In this document: positions 23,321 to 32,000 of the stretch, piece by piece
Layout of the letters: the number at the start of each line of letters is the position of its first letter
Position numbering within the stretch: position 1 is the first letter of the stretch
Source: a cyanobacterium endosymbiont of Braarudosphaera bigelowii
GTDB taxonomy: Bacteria; Cyanobacteriota; Cyanobacteriia; Cyanobacteriales; Microcystaceae
Assembly (NCBI RefSeq): GCF_020885515.1
Contig: NZ_AP024987.1
Span: forward strand, 420,001 to 452,000
Length of the DNA stretch: 32,000 nt
Direction: 5' to 3'
Program-made: the position numbers and the translations under genes
The notes under the pieces: model-generated
What the model saw: only the letters and a program-made list of their open reading frames with translations
Told to the model about the DNA's origin: nothing
The model's database searches: none

Positions 23321-24283
23321 ATGGCTAATGTTCTTTGGTTACAGGGTGGTGCTTGCTCTGGAAATACAATCTCTTTTCTTAACGCAGAAGAACCAACCCT
23401 AGTAGATTTAATCACCGATTTTGGAATTAATATTTTATGGCATCCATCTCTGGGTATGCAGCTAGGTGATGAATTACAAGAATTATTGATTAATTGTATC
23501 AATGGAAAAATTTCTATTGATATATTAGTATTTGAAGGATCCGTAGTTAATGCCCCTAATGGTACGGGTGAATGGAATCGTTTTGCTGGTCGTCCTATGA
23601 AAGACTGGTTAAACGATTTGTCTAAAGTAGCTGGATTTGTAGTTGCAGTTGGAGATTGTGCGACTTATGGTGGAATTCCAGCAATGGAGCCAAATCCTAG
23701 CGAATCTGTTGGTTTACAATTTCTTAAACGCCAGAAAGGGGGTTTTTTGGGAGACAATTTTCTTTCCCAAAAAGGTTTTCCTGTTATTAATATACCTGGT
23801 TGTCCTGCTCATCCAGACTGGATTTCTCAAATACTAGTTGCTGTTGCTACTGGAAGAGTTGGAGATTTAACTCTTGATGAATTTCATCGTCCTGAGACTT
23901 TCTTTCGTAGTTTTACACAAACTGGTTGTACAAGAAATATGCACTTTTCGTATAAATCAAGTACTGAAGAATTTGGCCAACGTACTGGATGTCTCTTTTA
24001 TGATCTAGGGTGTCGTGGGCCTATGACTCATTCTTCATGTAATCGCATTTTATGGAATAAGGTTTCTTCTAAAACTCGCGTTGGGATGCCTTGCTTAGGT
24101 TGTACCGAACCAGAATTTCCTTTTCATGATCTTAAAAAAGGAACTGTTTTTAAGACTCAAACCGTTATGGGTGTACCTAGAGAATTACCTCCTGGCATCA
24201 ACGCCAAAGATTATGCAGTAGTAACAGTTGTTTCTAAAGATGCTCGTCCATCTTGGACAGATGATGATTTTTTTACTGTGTAA
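23321..24283 (+). CDS. hupS: Uptake [NiFe] hydrogenase small subunit
   Basis: LWLQGGACSGNTISFLNAEEPTLVDLI; VGDCATYGGIPA; NIPGCPAHPDWI; CLFYDLGCRGPMTHSSCNRILWN; PCLGCTEPEFPF. No twin-arginine leader, as expected for cyanobacterial HupS. Confidence 0.98.
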   Translation: MANVLWLQGGACSGNTISFLNAEEPTLVDLITDFGINILWHPSLGMQLGDELQELLINCINGKISIDILVFEGSVVNAPNGTGEWNRFAGRPMKDWLNDLSKVAGFVVAVGDCATYGGIPAMEPNPSESVGLQFLKRQKGGFLGDNFLSQKGFPVINIPGCPAHPDWISQILVAVATGRVGDLTLDEFHRPETFFRSFTQTGCTRNMHFSYKSSTEEFGQRTGCLFYDLGCRGPMTHSSCNRILWNKVSSKTRVGMPCLGCTEPEFPFHDLKKGTVFKTQTVMGVPRELPPGINAKDYAVVTVVSKDARPSWTDDDFFTV

Positions 24284-24354
24284 TATAAGTACATGATTAG
24301 AGTCGCTATGAAATTTTCATGGCAAGGTTTTATCATCAGAAAGAGATCTAGAAC

Positions 24355-24399
24355 AAAATCATAAAAGTAATAGTAACTTTACTATTACTTTTATGATTT
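24355..24399. promoter_or_regulatory. 45-nt hairpin in the hupS-hupL intergenic region
   Basis: aaaatcataaaagtaatagtaa - c - ttactattacttttatgatttt: 22-bp perfect arms about one central base, followed by a T-rich stretch. Confidence 0.8.
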
Positions 24400-24491
24400 T
24401 ATTTCCCATCTATTTTGTATATGGGAATAGTAAATAATTACAAATTATTTCTAATATTTTTTCAAAGTTTTACTATTTTTGAGAGGAATGC

Positions 24492-26087
24492 ATGGTAGTT
24501 CAAAAGCTGGAAATCTCCCCTGTAGGAAGAGTTGAAGGAGATTTAGATATTAGAGTAGATATCGAAGATGGCTATGTTGTAAATGCTTGGACAAAAGCAG
24601 AATTATTCCGTGGTTTTGAAGTTATTCTAAAGGGTAAAGACCCACAAGCTGGACTTATCGTTACTCCTCGTATTTGTGGTATTTGTGGTGCATCACACTT
24701 GACCTGTGCATCTTGGGCGTTAGATACAATTTGGGAAACTGAAGTACCTCGCAACGCCATCTTAGCACGTAATTTAGGACAAGTAGTTGAAACCATACAA
24801 AGTCATCCTCGACATTTCTATGCTCTGTATGCGACTGACTTAACAAACAAGAGATATAAGAATAGTCCTTTCTATGAAGAAGCATGTAAAAGATTTACTC
24901 CGTTTACAGGAACTTCCTATGAAATAGCTATAGTAACTTCCGCAAAGCCTGTAGAGCTTTATGCTCTATTTGGAGGACAATGGCCTCATTCTAGTTATAT
25001 GGTTCCAGGAGGTGTAATGTGTGCGCCAACACTAACTGATGTTACACGTGGCTGGGGAATAATGGAGTATTTTCGTACTAATTGGCTAGAACCTGTTTGG
25101 TTAGGATGCTCTCTTGAAAGATATGAAAAAATTCAGACCTATGAAGATTTTCTGGAATGGCTAGAAGAGAGTCCTGATCACGCTAATTCCGATCTAGGGT
25201 TTTATTGGCGTATGGGGCTAGATATCGGATTAGATAAATACGGTCAAGGACCAGGAAGATACTTAACTTGGGGGTATCTTCCACATGAAGATAAGTATCA
25301 AAAGCCTACGATTAAGGGTCGTAATTCAGCTGTAATAATGAAAGGAGGTGTTTATGACAGCTTTACTGATATGCACCATATGGTAGATCATAGTTTTGTC
25401 ATGGAAAATACAAGTCACTCCTGGTATGAGGAAGGTATTGACGATGTTCATCCTTTTGATAGGGTTACTAATCCTCAAAGTATGAATAAAGGAGATTATG
25501 ATAATAAGTATTCATGGTCAACAGCAGTAAATCATAAAGATTTAGGCCGGATGGAAGTGGGTTCCCTTGCACGTCAATTAGTAGCAGGTGGAAAACATGG
25601 AGAAAGCTGGCAACATTATGATGGTTTAATCTTAGATATGTTTAAAAAAATGGGTGGCCCTAGTGTACATCTAAGAGAAATTGCCCGGATGCATGAATCT
25701 GTAAAATTATATAGAGAAGCAGAAAGATGTTTACGAGAATTCAAGCTTAATGATCCTTGGTATATTAAGCCCAAAGAAAAAGATGGACGTGGTTGGGGAG
25801 GAACAGAGGCTAGCCGTGGTGCTCTATGCCATTGGGTTGAAGTAGAAAAAGGAGTTATCAAAAATTATCAGGTAATTGCTCCTAGTACCTGGAATATTGG
25901 TCCCAGAGACGGTAAAGATATTAGAGGTCCCATTGAAGAAGCACTGATTGGTATACCTATCGAAGATATGAATAATCCAGTGGAAGTTGGTCATGTCGCC
26001 CGTTCATTTGATTCTTGTTTAGTCTGTACAGTACATGCACATGATGCTAAAACAGGTAAAGAATTAGCAAGATTTCGCACTAACTAG
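24492..26087 (+). CDS. hupL: Uptake [NiFe] hydrogenase large subunit
   Basis: N-terminal RICGICGASH and C-terminal SFDSCLVCTVHAH Ni-binding cysteine pairs; GRVEGDLDIRVD; Shine-Dalgarno-like gagagg upstream. Confidence 0.98.
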   Translation: MVVQKLEISPVGRVEGDLDIRVDIEDGYVVNAWTKAELFRGFEVILKGKDPQAGLIVTPRICGICGASHLTCASWALDTIWETEVPRNAILARNLGQVVETIQSHPRHFYALYATDLTNKRYKNSPFYEEACKRFTPFTGTSYEIAIVTSAKPVELYALFGGQWPHSSYMVPGGVMCAPTLTDVTRGWGIMEYFRTNWLEPVWLGCSLERYEKIQTYEDFLEWLEESPDHANSDLGFYWRMGLDIGLDKYGQGPGRYLTWGYLPHEDKYQKPTIKGRNSAVIMKGGVYDSFTDMHHMVDHSFVMENTSHSWYEEGIDDVHPFDRVTNPQSMNKGDYDNKYSWSTAVNHKDLGRMEVGSLARQLVAGGKHGESWQHYDGLILDMFKKMGGPSVHLREIARMHESVKLYREAERCLREFKLNDPWYIKPKEKDGRGWGGTEASRGALCHWVEVEKGVIKNYQVIAPSTWNIGPRDGKDIRGPIEEALIGIPIEDMNNPVEVGHVARSFDSCLVCTVHAHDAKTGKELARFRTN

Positions 26088-26091
26088 AGAT

Positions 26092-26130
26092 TAAATGGAA
26101 GTGATATAAATTATAAATCACTTCCATTTA
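26092..26130. terminator. Bidirectional terminator between hupL and radical SAM gene
   Basis: taaatggaagtgat - ataaattataa - atcacttccattta: 14-bp perfect arms, then atttttcc. Confidence 0.8.
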
Positions 26131-26155
26131 ATTTTTCCTGACGCTAATAATATTA

Positions 26156-27757
26156 TTAAAATTTTGTCTCATTAAAATGTTTAACTAGAGTGGTATGAGG
26201 AAGAGGTCCTTTTAAATGGCTCCATGGTAATATTTGATCCGTCTTCCAGATACTATGAACATAATATTCTAGAGATGGTATCTCTCCTTTAAGTTCTTTA
26301 AAGGCACGTTTATAACTACCTAAAGAATTTCCATAATAGCGAGTTAATTTGAACAATTTACTTAAACGCCGATCACCTCTAGAAATCAAAGCTTGAATTA
26401 TGGACCAATTATAACTCTCTGGACGAAATTCTATTCTTTTTTTGCCTAAAACTTTTTCTAAATATTTTAGTCTTTTTTTAGATAGTTTATTTACTCCTAG
26501 CCACTGAAACGGAGTATGAGATTTTGGGATAAATGTACTACATCCAAACGTTATTTTTAATCCTTGTGCTGCTTTGTGTATAGCATCTAACATCAAAATC
26601 GTTTGTTCTATATCTTCCTCATCTTCCCCTGGTATTCCAACCATTCCATATAATTTAATATTTTTTAATCCACCAATTTTTGCATTAATTGCTGCATTAA
26701 TAATTTCATCATTATCTAACTTCTTGTTAATATTTTTTCTAATTTTTGCTGAACCACTTTCAACAGCAATTGTTATTGATTTTGTATTACGATTAGTTAA
26801 TAAGTTTGCTAATCTTTCCGTAACTGTATTAGCTCTAACTGAAGCGATACTTACTCTAATATCATCATACTTAGGTTGATTTAAATAATTTAATAAACTA
26901 TCAAACTCTGGATGTTGCGTAATGGATGGTCCTAGCAAGCCAATTCTATTGGTAACTTTAAGACCTTTTTCAATATTTGGAATTAAAGAAGTATCTAAAT
27001 CGGCTATACGAAAAGGCAAGTTCAGATAACTAACCAGACAAAAACGACACATTTCCGGACAACTTCTAACTACTTCTAGCATATATATATTTTCCCAAAC
27101 AGCATTTTTTGTAACTACTGTTGAAGTTGAAAAAGAATTACCACGATAAATTTGTTTTTCAATACTTGAAGGAGTGTTTGTTTCAATTGCTTTAATCGAT
27201 TTAATTTCCCCGTCATAGTCGTAATAAGTAATTTCATATAAACTTGGTATATAAATTCCAGGAATTGTTGCTAAATAAGATAATTTAACAGCTCGACTTT
27301 CATTTCTTACAATTTTATATGCCTCTAAAAAATCATGTATTAGCTTTTCTCCATCACCCAGTAAAATTACATCAAAAAAATCAGCAAAAGGTTCAGGATT
27401 AGCTGTGAGAGTAGGACCACCTCCAAATATTAATGGGTGATTCTCATTTCGTTCATTTGTTTGAAGAGGAATACCTAAAATGTCTAAAATATCAAAAACG
27501 TTAACATAATCTAATTCCCATGAAAAAGAAAAGCCTAATAGCTCAGATTTTTTGGGCAAAGGTTCTTTAATATCTGTAAATAAACGACTAACATTGACAT
27601 CATTTCTACTAGCAAAAGTAGCCCAGACAGTTTGATAACCCAAACTCGTAATACCTACACTGTAACTATTTGGAAAGCAGAAAATTATTTGAATGGCATT
27701 ACTATCAGGTATCGTTGGTTTAAATAGTAATCGTTCTTGATCAAAAATAATCGTCAT
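26156..27757 (-). CDS. B12-binding-domain radical SAM protein, uncharacterised conserved family
   Basis: Radical SAM cluster motif SCPEMCRFCLVSY (CxxxCxxC); N-terminal GITSLGYQTVWA and LIFGGGPTLTANPEPFADFFDVILLGDGEK typical of the TIGR03960-like group; GMVGIPGEDEEDI. Confidence 0.9.
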   Translation of the reverse strand: MTIIFDQERLLFKPTIPDSNAIQIIFCFPNSYSVGITSLGYQTVWATFASRNDVNVSRLFTDIKEPLPKKSELLGFSFSWELDYVNVFDILDILGIPLQTNERNENHPLIFGGGPTLTANPEPFADFFDVILLGDGEKLIHDFLEAYKIVRNESRAVKLSYLATIPGIYIPSLYEITYYDYDGEIKSIKAIETNTPSSIEKQIYRGNSFSTSTVVTKNAVWENIYMLEVVRSCPEMCRFCLVSYLNLPFRIADLDTSLIPNIEKGLKVTNRIGLLGPSITQHPEFDSLLNYLNQPKYDDIRVSIASVRANTVTERLANLLTNRNTKSITIAVESGSAKIRKNINKKLDNDEIINAAINAKIGGLKNIKLYGMVGIPGEDEEDIEQTILMLDAIHKAAQGLKITFGCSTFIPKSHTPFQWLGVNKLSKKRLKYLEKVLGKKRIEFRPESYNWSIIQALISRGDRRLSKLFKLTRYYGNSLGSYKRAFKELKGEIPSLEYYVHSIWKTDQILPWSHLKGPLPHTTLVKHFNETKF

Positions 27758-28230
27758 ATTTTAATTTTGTTTATTTTTCAATTTTTTAAATCTATTTCTC
27801 AAAGCTCTAGATTGAATAATATTAATAGTTGAATTTTTTATTAATATTATTTCAACTGTTAATCTAATTATTTGGTTCAAGCATATTAACTTATCAAGAG
27901 AACAATCATTTTTATATTAGAAATAAAAAATACCTATATTTATAAATTTCTACTTAATTTTTTTATTAAAGAACTTATAAAAGTTATTACAGATTATTGT
28001 TATATATTTATCTAATATCATTTACTATTAATAATAACTCTATTTTTAATAACAATTTAATTTATCTTTTATACAAGCTAAAACTATGGTTAAAAGAAAT
28101 AACTATTTTTATTTTCCATGGTATAGATAATAGTTTTCACTCCCTACACGACAAGAACATATAAATTTTTACGAGAATAAAAGATTAATAATATATAATC
28201 AGGCTAATCATATATTTACAAAATAATTAT

Positions 28231-28803
28231 ATGCAGAAAAATATTAACAATATGTTAGAAATTGGTACGATAGTAGGTCCTAGGGGATTAAAAGGAGAAG
28301 TAAAAGTTTTATCTAGTACAGATTTCCCTGAAAGATTTGAAGTATCGGAAGAGCACTGGATGAGGGACCCTTCTCAATCATCAATTCAATTAGTTAAATT
28401 AATCAATAGTCGCTATGTAGCAAATAAAAATATTTATGTTGTTCGTTTACAAGGGATAGAGACCAGAGATCAAGCAGAAATACTAAGGAATCATAAGCTT
28501 TTGGTTACCAATAATTCTATACCGAAGTTAGGAAAAGAAGAGTATCATATGTCTCAACTTGTAAACTTAAAAGCCTATCATATAAAAACAAAAAAACTTA
28601 TAGGTATTGTGACTGATATATTTACAACAGGTCATGATTTATTAGAGATTAAGTTAAATAATTTACCTTTACAAGAATCAGACAAGGAACAAAAAATCTT
28701 AATTCCTTTCGTTTATGAGATTGTTCCAGTAGTAGATTTAAAAAATAAGAGAATAGAAATTAATCCACCCAAAGGATTATTAGAGTTATCTACAGTGAAA
28801 TAA
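28231..28803 (+). CDS. rimM: Ribosome maturation factor RimM
   Basis: IGTIVGPRGLKGEVKVLSSTDFPERF and PRC-barrel segment GIVTDIFTTGHDLLEIKL; EQKILIPFVYEIVPVVDLKNKRIEINPPKGLLEL. Confidence 0.96.
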   Translation: MQKNINNMLEIGTIVGPRGLKGEVKVLSSTDFPERFEVSEEHWMRDPSQSSIQLVKLINSRYVANKNIYVVRLQGIETRDQAEILRNHKLLVTNNSIPKLGKEEYHMSQLVNLKAYHIKTKKLIGIVTDIFTTGHDLLEIKLNNLPLQESDKEQKILIPFVYEIVPVVDLKNKRIEINPPKGLLELSTVK

Positions 28804-28941
28804 AACCTCAAATAAGAGTTACAGTTTCTTAAAAATTAAAATTTAATCATAATTTTTGAATTTGATTGATCCATTATGTCCCATAACAGATTACAATCTA
28901 CTTTTGATAAATCATAATTTACTAAAATTAAGGAGAAAGCT

Positions 28942-29319
28942 ATTCCTGAGCAATTAAACCTAACCGTGAGTTTAAGGGGAACTCATGAGACAAACGGTAA
29001 TCACCAAATTTTCCGTTTAACTGGCTTATTAGATGCCTTTTCTGAACCTATATTTCGTAAAGTTGTTGGAACATATATAGACAAGGGTCCTTACGATATT
29101 ATTCTGGTCTTAACTCAAATTGATTTTGTGGATAGTTCAGGATTAGGAGCATTAGTACAGTTAGTTAAACAAGCCCAAAATCACAATGGAAGCCTACAAG
29201 TTGTCACTAATCCTAGGGTTACACAAACTGTAAAACTAGTACGTTTAGAGGAATTTTTATCTTTACAGACAACGCTAGAAGATGCTATTTCTCGTCTTAA
29301 AAATAAGAAAAACAGTTAG
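28942..29319 (+). CDS. STAS-domain protein (anti-sigma factor antagonist family)
   Basis: RLTGLLDAFSEPIFRKVV, LTQIDFVDSSGLGALVQLVKQAQ: STAS phosphorylatable-serine region DSSG. The track start is GTG at 28966; AAGGAG at 28930-28935 sits 6 nt before an in-frame ATT at 28942, a possible AUU start. Confidence 0.88.
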   Translation: MPEQLNLTVSLRGTHETNGNHQIFRLTGLLDAFSEPIFRKVVGTYIDKGPYDIILVLTQIDFVDSSGLGALVQLVKQAQNHNGSLQVVTNPRVTQTVKLVRLEEFLSLQTTLEDAISRLKNKKNS

Positions 29320-29367
29320 GATGTTTATTCTCTCAGTGTTAAACCAAGCCAATATTTCCAGTATGGT

Positions 29368-29781
29368 ATGATAAAAAAATGTTACCCTGATGTTGGTTTC
29401 CAAATGTTCGTACAGACGAAAGACCATAGCAGCATTGACCGGTTATCTCCTGCTTTTTTAGCTTATATCGGTGATGCTGTCTACGAGCTTTATGTGCGTA
29501 CAGCTTATTTATTACCTCCGCGTAAATTAGCCGATTATCATAATCAGGTTGTTGCGCAAGTTAGAGCAGAAACTCAAGCAGCAGCTTTACAACAATTACA
29601 GCCATATTTAACAGAGACTGAGAAAGATATTGTTAGGCGGGGAAGAAATGCTACTACTAGCCATCCCCGTCGTTTAAAGCCAGAAATTTATCAACAGGCA
29701 ACCAGCTTGGAAACACTCATAGGCTATTTATATTTACGAGACTCTCAACGACTAAATGAAATACTCAAAAGTTTAGTTTAA
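29368..29781 (+). CDS. mrnC: Mini-ribonuclease III
   Basis: [23 protein letters not shown] and [20 protein letters not shown]: compact RNase III catalytic domain with no dsRBD. Confidence 0.92.
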   Translation: MIKKCYPDVGFQMFVQTKDHSSIDRLSPAFLAYIGDAVYELYVRTAYLLPPRKLADYHNQVVAQVRAETQAAALQQLQPYLTETEKDIVRRGRNATTSHPRRLKPEIYQQATSLETLIGYLYLRDSQRLNEILKSLV

Positions 29782-29806
29782 TAATTTCAATCTTGAGAGA
29801 AAAATT

Positions 29807-30706
29807 ATGTTTAACAAGTCAAATTCCGAGCGTCATAATAATCAGTTAGAGAAAAAAAATATTTTTAGAAAAAGAGTTAATTCTGTTTCTAGTAATTTAA
29901 ATCCAAAAATATCGAAATCTCATGAAGATGATGGCTTAATATATGGACGTCATGCAGTTCTCGCAGCTCTGGAAAATGATCGTCAACTAAATCGTATATG
30001 GGTTACGAATAAGCTTTATCATGACTCTCGTTTTTGTAATCTTTTACGAACATCAAAAAGCAAAGGCGCAATAGTAGATGAAGTTTCTCTCCAACGTTTA
30101 TCCCAAATTACTGATGGTTCTAATCATCAAGGAATAGCTGCTCAAGTCTCTCCTTACTATTACTACACTTTAGATGAATTAATCACACAAGCTAAAGAAA
30201 AAAGTGACCAGCCAGTTATTATCATTGCTGATGGTATTGTTGACCCTCAAAACCTAGGATCTATCATCCGTACTTCTGAGGCTATGGGTTGTCAGGGATT
30301 AATTATTCCTCAGAGAAGAGCTGCTAGTATTACTTCATCTGTGGCCAAAGTTGCTGCAGGAGCTTTAGAGTCTTTTCCTGTAGCTAGAGTAATTAACTTA
30401 AACCGTGCTTTAGAAACTTTAAAAACTGAAGGATTCTGGATTTATGGAACAGTAGCCGAAGGAGGAAAAAAATTACCTAATTTTAACTTTTCTGGTGCTA
30501 TTGGTTTGGTTATAGGTTCAGAAGGTAATGGATTAAATTTACTTACTCAACGTTGCTGTGATGAATTACTTTCGATCCCCTTGGAGGGAAAAACTTCCAG
30601 TTTGAACGCTTCTATAGCTACCTCGATTAGTATTTATGAAGTTTTTCGTTCTCGTTCTATTGCTAAAAATAACAATTTAAATAATATTTCTACTAAGGGG
30701 AGGTAA
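29807..30706 (+). CDS. rlmB: 23S rRNA (guanosine-2'-O-)-methyltransferase RlmB / TrmH family
   Basis: [15 protein letters not shown]; SPOUT motifs [65 protein letters not shown]. Confidence 0.95.
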   Translation: MFNKSNSERHNNQLEKKNIFRKRVNSVSSNLNPKISKSHEDDGLIYGRHAVLAALENDRQLNRIWVTNKLYHDSRFCNLLRTSKSKGAIVDEVSLQRLSQITDGSNHQGIAAQVSPYYYYTLDELITQAKEKSDQPVIIIADGIVDPQNLGSIIRTSEAMGCQGLIIPQRRAASITSSVAKVAAGALESFPVARVINLNRALETLKTEGFWIYGTVAEGGKKLPNFNFSGAIGLVIGSEGNGLNLLTQRCCDELLSIPLEGKTSSLNASIATSISIYEVFRSRSIAKNNNLNNISTKGR

Positions 30707-30905
30707 TAAATATTGGGATTCTATTTTTAGCAATAGAACGAGAATTATTACTTTGCCTTTTTATCCTGAAAACACCATTTGCCAATGGTAGGGTATTTAA
30801 CCTTTATTATCTTGATAATTTTAGTTTGTATAATCAGTTAATTAAAAAATTATTATATAAGATAAAAATGCTAGGATAATAACAAAAATATATAAATATA
30901 AGTTT

Positions 30906-32000
30906 ATGTTACAAACAGCTATATCTCCAGTAGTTCTGGTGATTTTAGATGGTTGGGGTTATAGTCTTGAAAAAAATTATAATCCAATTAAGATGGCAAA
31001 AACTCCTGTAATGGATTGTTTATGGGAAGTTTATCCAAAGACACTTATCGAAACATCAGGTAAGTATGTGGGTCTTCCTGAAGGACAAATGGGTAATTCA
31101 GAGGTGGGTCATCTTAACTTAGGTGCAGGACGTATTGTTCCTCAAGAGTTAGTAAGGATTTCTAATACTATTGATGATAAATCATTTTATAATAATGAAG
31201 TTTTAATTAGCCTTTACGAAAAAGTTAAATCTTGTCAAAAAAAATTACATTTAATCGGTCTATGCTCTGAGGGAGGAGTACATTCCCATTTGGATCATTT
31301 GTTAGAATTGTTGAATTTAGCTAAGCAAAGAGAACTAACAGATGTTTGTATTCATGCAATTACGGATGGAAGAGATACGAAAAAAAATGATGGTATTAAA
31401 TCTATTAATAAAATATATCAACATACTGAAAAAATAGGTTTAGGGCGTATTTCTACAATAAGTGGACGTTATTATGCAATGGATAGAGACCAACGTTGGG
31501 AAAGAATTAAATTAGCCTATGATACCATTACTCAAGATGTACTTAAGGACAAATGTTCTGCACTTGATGTACTGAAAAATTCTTATAAAGAAAATAAAAC
31601 TGATGAATTTATTATTCCTACTCGAGTCGATAGTGGAGCTATTGAAGATGGAGATGGAGTAATTTTTTTTAACTTTAGATCAGATCGAACTCGTCAACTA
31701 TGTTCTGCTCTAATAGACAATAATTTCAAGAACTTTAATAGAAAATTAATTACTCCTTTAGAAGTTGTTACCTTTACTAAATATGATGATCAGTTCTCTG
31801 CAAAAGTTGCTTTTAAATCTGAAAATTTGCACTCTACTTTAGGAGAAGTCATATCAAATAATGGTTTAAAGCAATTACGTATAGCAGAAACAGAAAAATA
31901 TCCTCACATAACTTACTTTTTTAATGGAGGTATTGAGCAACCCTTTAAAGGTGAAAGACGGGAATTGATACAAAGTCCCATGGTTTCAACATATGATGAA
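30906..32000 (+). CDS. gpmI: 2,3-bisphosphoglycerate-independent phosphoglycerate mutase, truncated by the window edge
   Basis: Manual translation from ATG 30906: MLQTAISPVVLVILDGWGYSLEKNYNPIKMAKTPVMDCLWEVYPKTLIETSGKYVGLPEGQMGNSEVGHLNLGAGRIVPQELVRI; open to the window end and missing from the track. Confidence 0.95.
   Translation, partial: MLQTAISPVVLVILDGWGYSLEKNYNPIKMAKTPVMDCLWEVYPKTLIETSGKYVGLPEGQMGNSEVGHLNLGAGRIVPQELVRISNTIDDKSFYNNEVLISLYEKVKSCQKKLHLIGLCSEGGVHSHLDHLLELLNLAKQRELTDVCIHAITDGRDTKKNDGIKSINKIYQHTEKIGLGRISTISGRYYAMDRDQRWERIKLAYDTITQDVLKDKCSALDVLKNSYKENKTDEFIIPTRVDSGAIEDGDGVIFFNFRSDRTRQLCSALIDNNFKNFNRKLITPLEVVTFTKYDDQFSAKVAFKSENLHSTLGEVISNNGLKQLRIAETEKYPHITYFFNGGIEQPFKGERRELIQSPMVSTYDE

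Noticed and set aside
23308-23837. ORFs 23308-23502 (minus) and 23643-23837 (plus) in hupS
   Set aside because: Alternate frames of a highly conserved gene.
24572-25861. ORFs 24572-24796, 24661-24885 and 25616-25861 on the minus strand in hupL
   Set aside because: Antisense shadow ORFs of hupL.
20994-26087. A single functional island combining the PatD-like protein, Rieske oxygenase and hupSL
   Set aside because: Spacers of about 370 and 540 nt and no shared regulatory motif; co-location alone does not support a system.
26574-26879. 101-aa plus-strand hydrophobic ORF opposite the radical SAM gene
   Set aside because: Looks membrane-like, but AT-rich antisense of Ile/Asn/Lys-rich coding commonly gives this; no support.
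30719-30789. Two small hairpins (ttctatt/aatagaa and accatt/aatggt) between rlmB and gpmI
   Set aside because: Arms of only 6-7 bp with no T tract; expected by chance in AT-rich DNA.

Overview
AT-rich, cyanobacterial chromosomal window, about 80% coding by my sum of the ORFs. The gene set, low GC, long AT-rich spacers and the uptake hydrogenase pair fit a genome-reduced unicellular diazotroph such as the UCYN-A / 'Ca. Atelocyanobacterium' lineage or a diatom spheroid body; that assignment is inference. Confident genes: mfd, ndhC-ndhK-ndhJ (minus strand), a YceD/DUF177 protein, a biotin ligase (birA-like), two TPR proteins, a ferritin-like protein, tyrS, a HAD-like hydrolase, pyrG, a DUF1350 protein, glmU, a relA/spoT homologue, a Rieske oxygenase, hupS and hupL, a B12-binding-type radical SAM protein, rimM, a STAS protein, Mini-RNase III, rlmB, and a 3'-truncated gpmI that is missing from the ORF track. 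I found no CRISPR array, tRNA, rRNA, transposon, phage region or defence island. The main items for a second look are: (1) an apparent 1-nt frameshift in an A9 tract at the start of a membrane/PH-like protein (13197-13738), a candidate for transcriptional-slippage rescue or a sequencing error; (2) a 45-nt perfect-arm hairpin between hupS and hupL with a possible competing downstream fold; (3) a likely non-canonical AUU start for the STAS gene; (4) two unlisted micro-ORFs (7227-7340 and 16737-16838); (5) perfect inverted repeats at all five convergent gene junctions. I see no convincing new multi-gene system.
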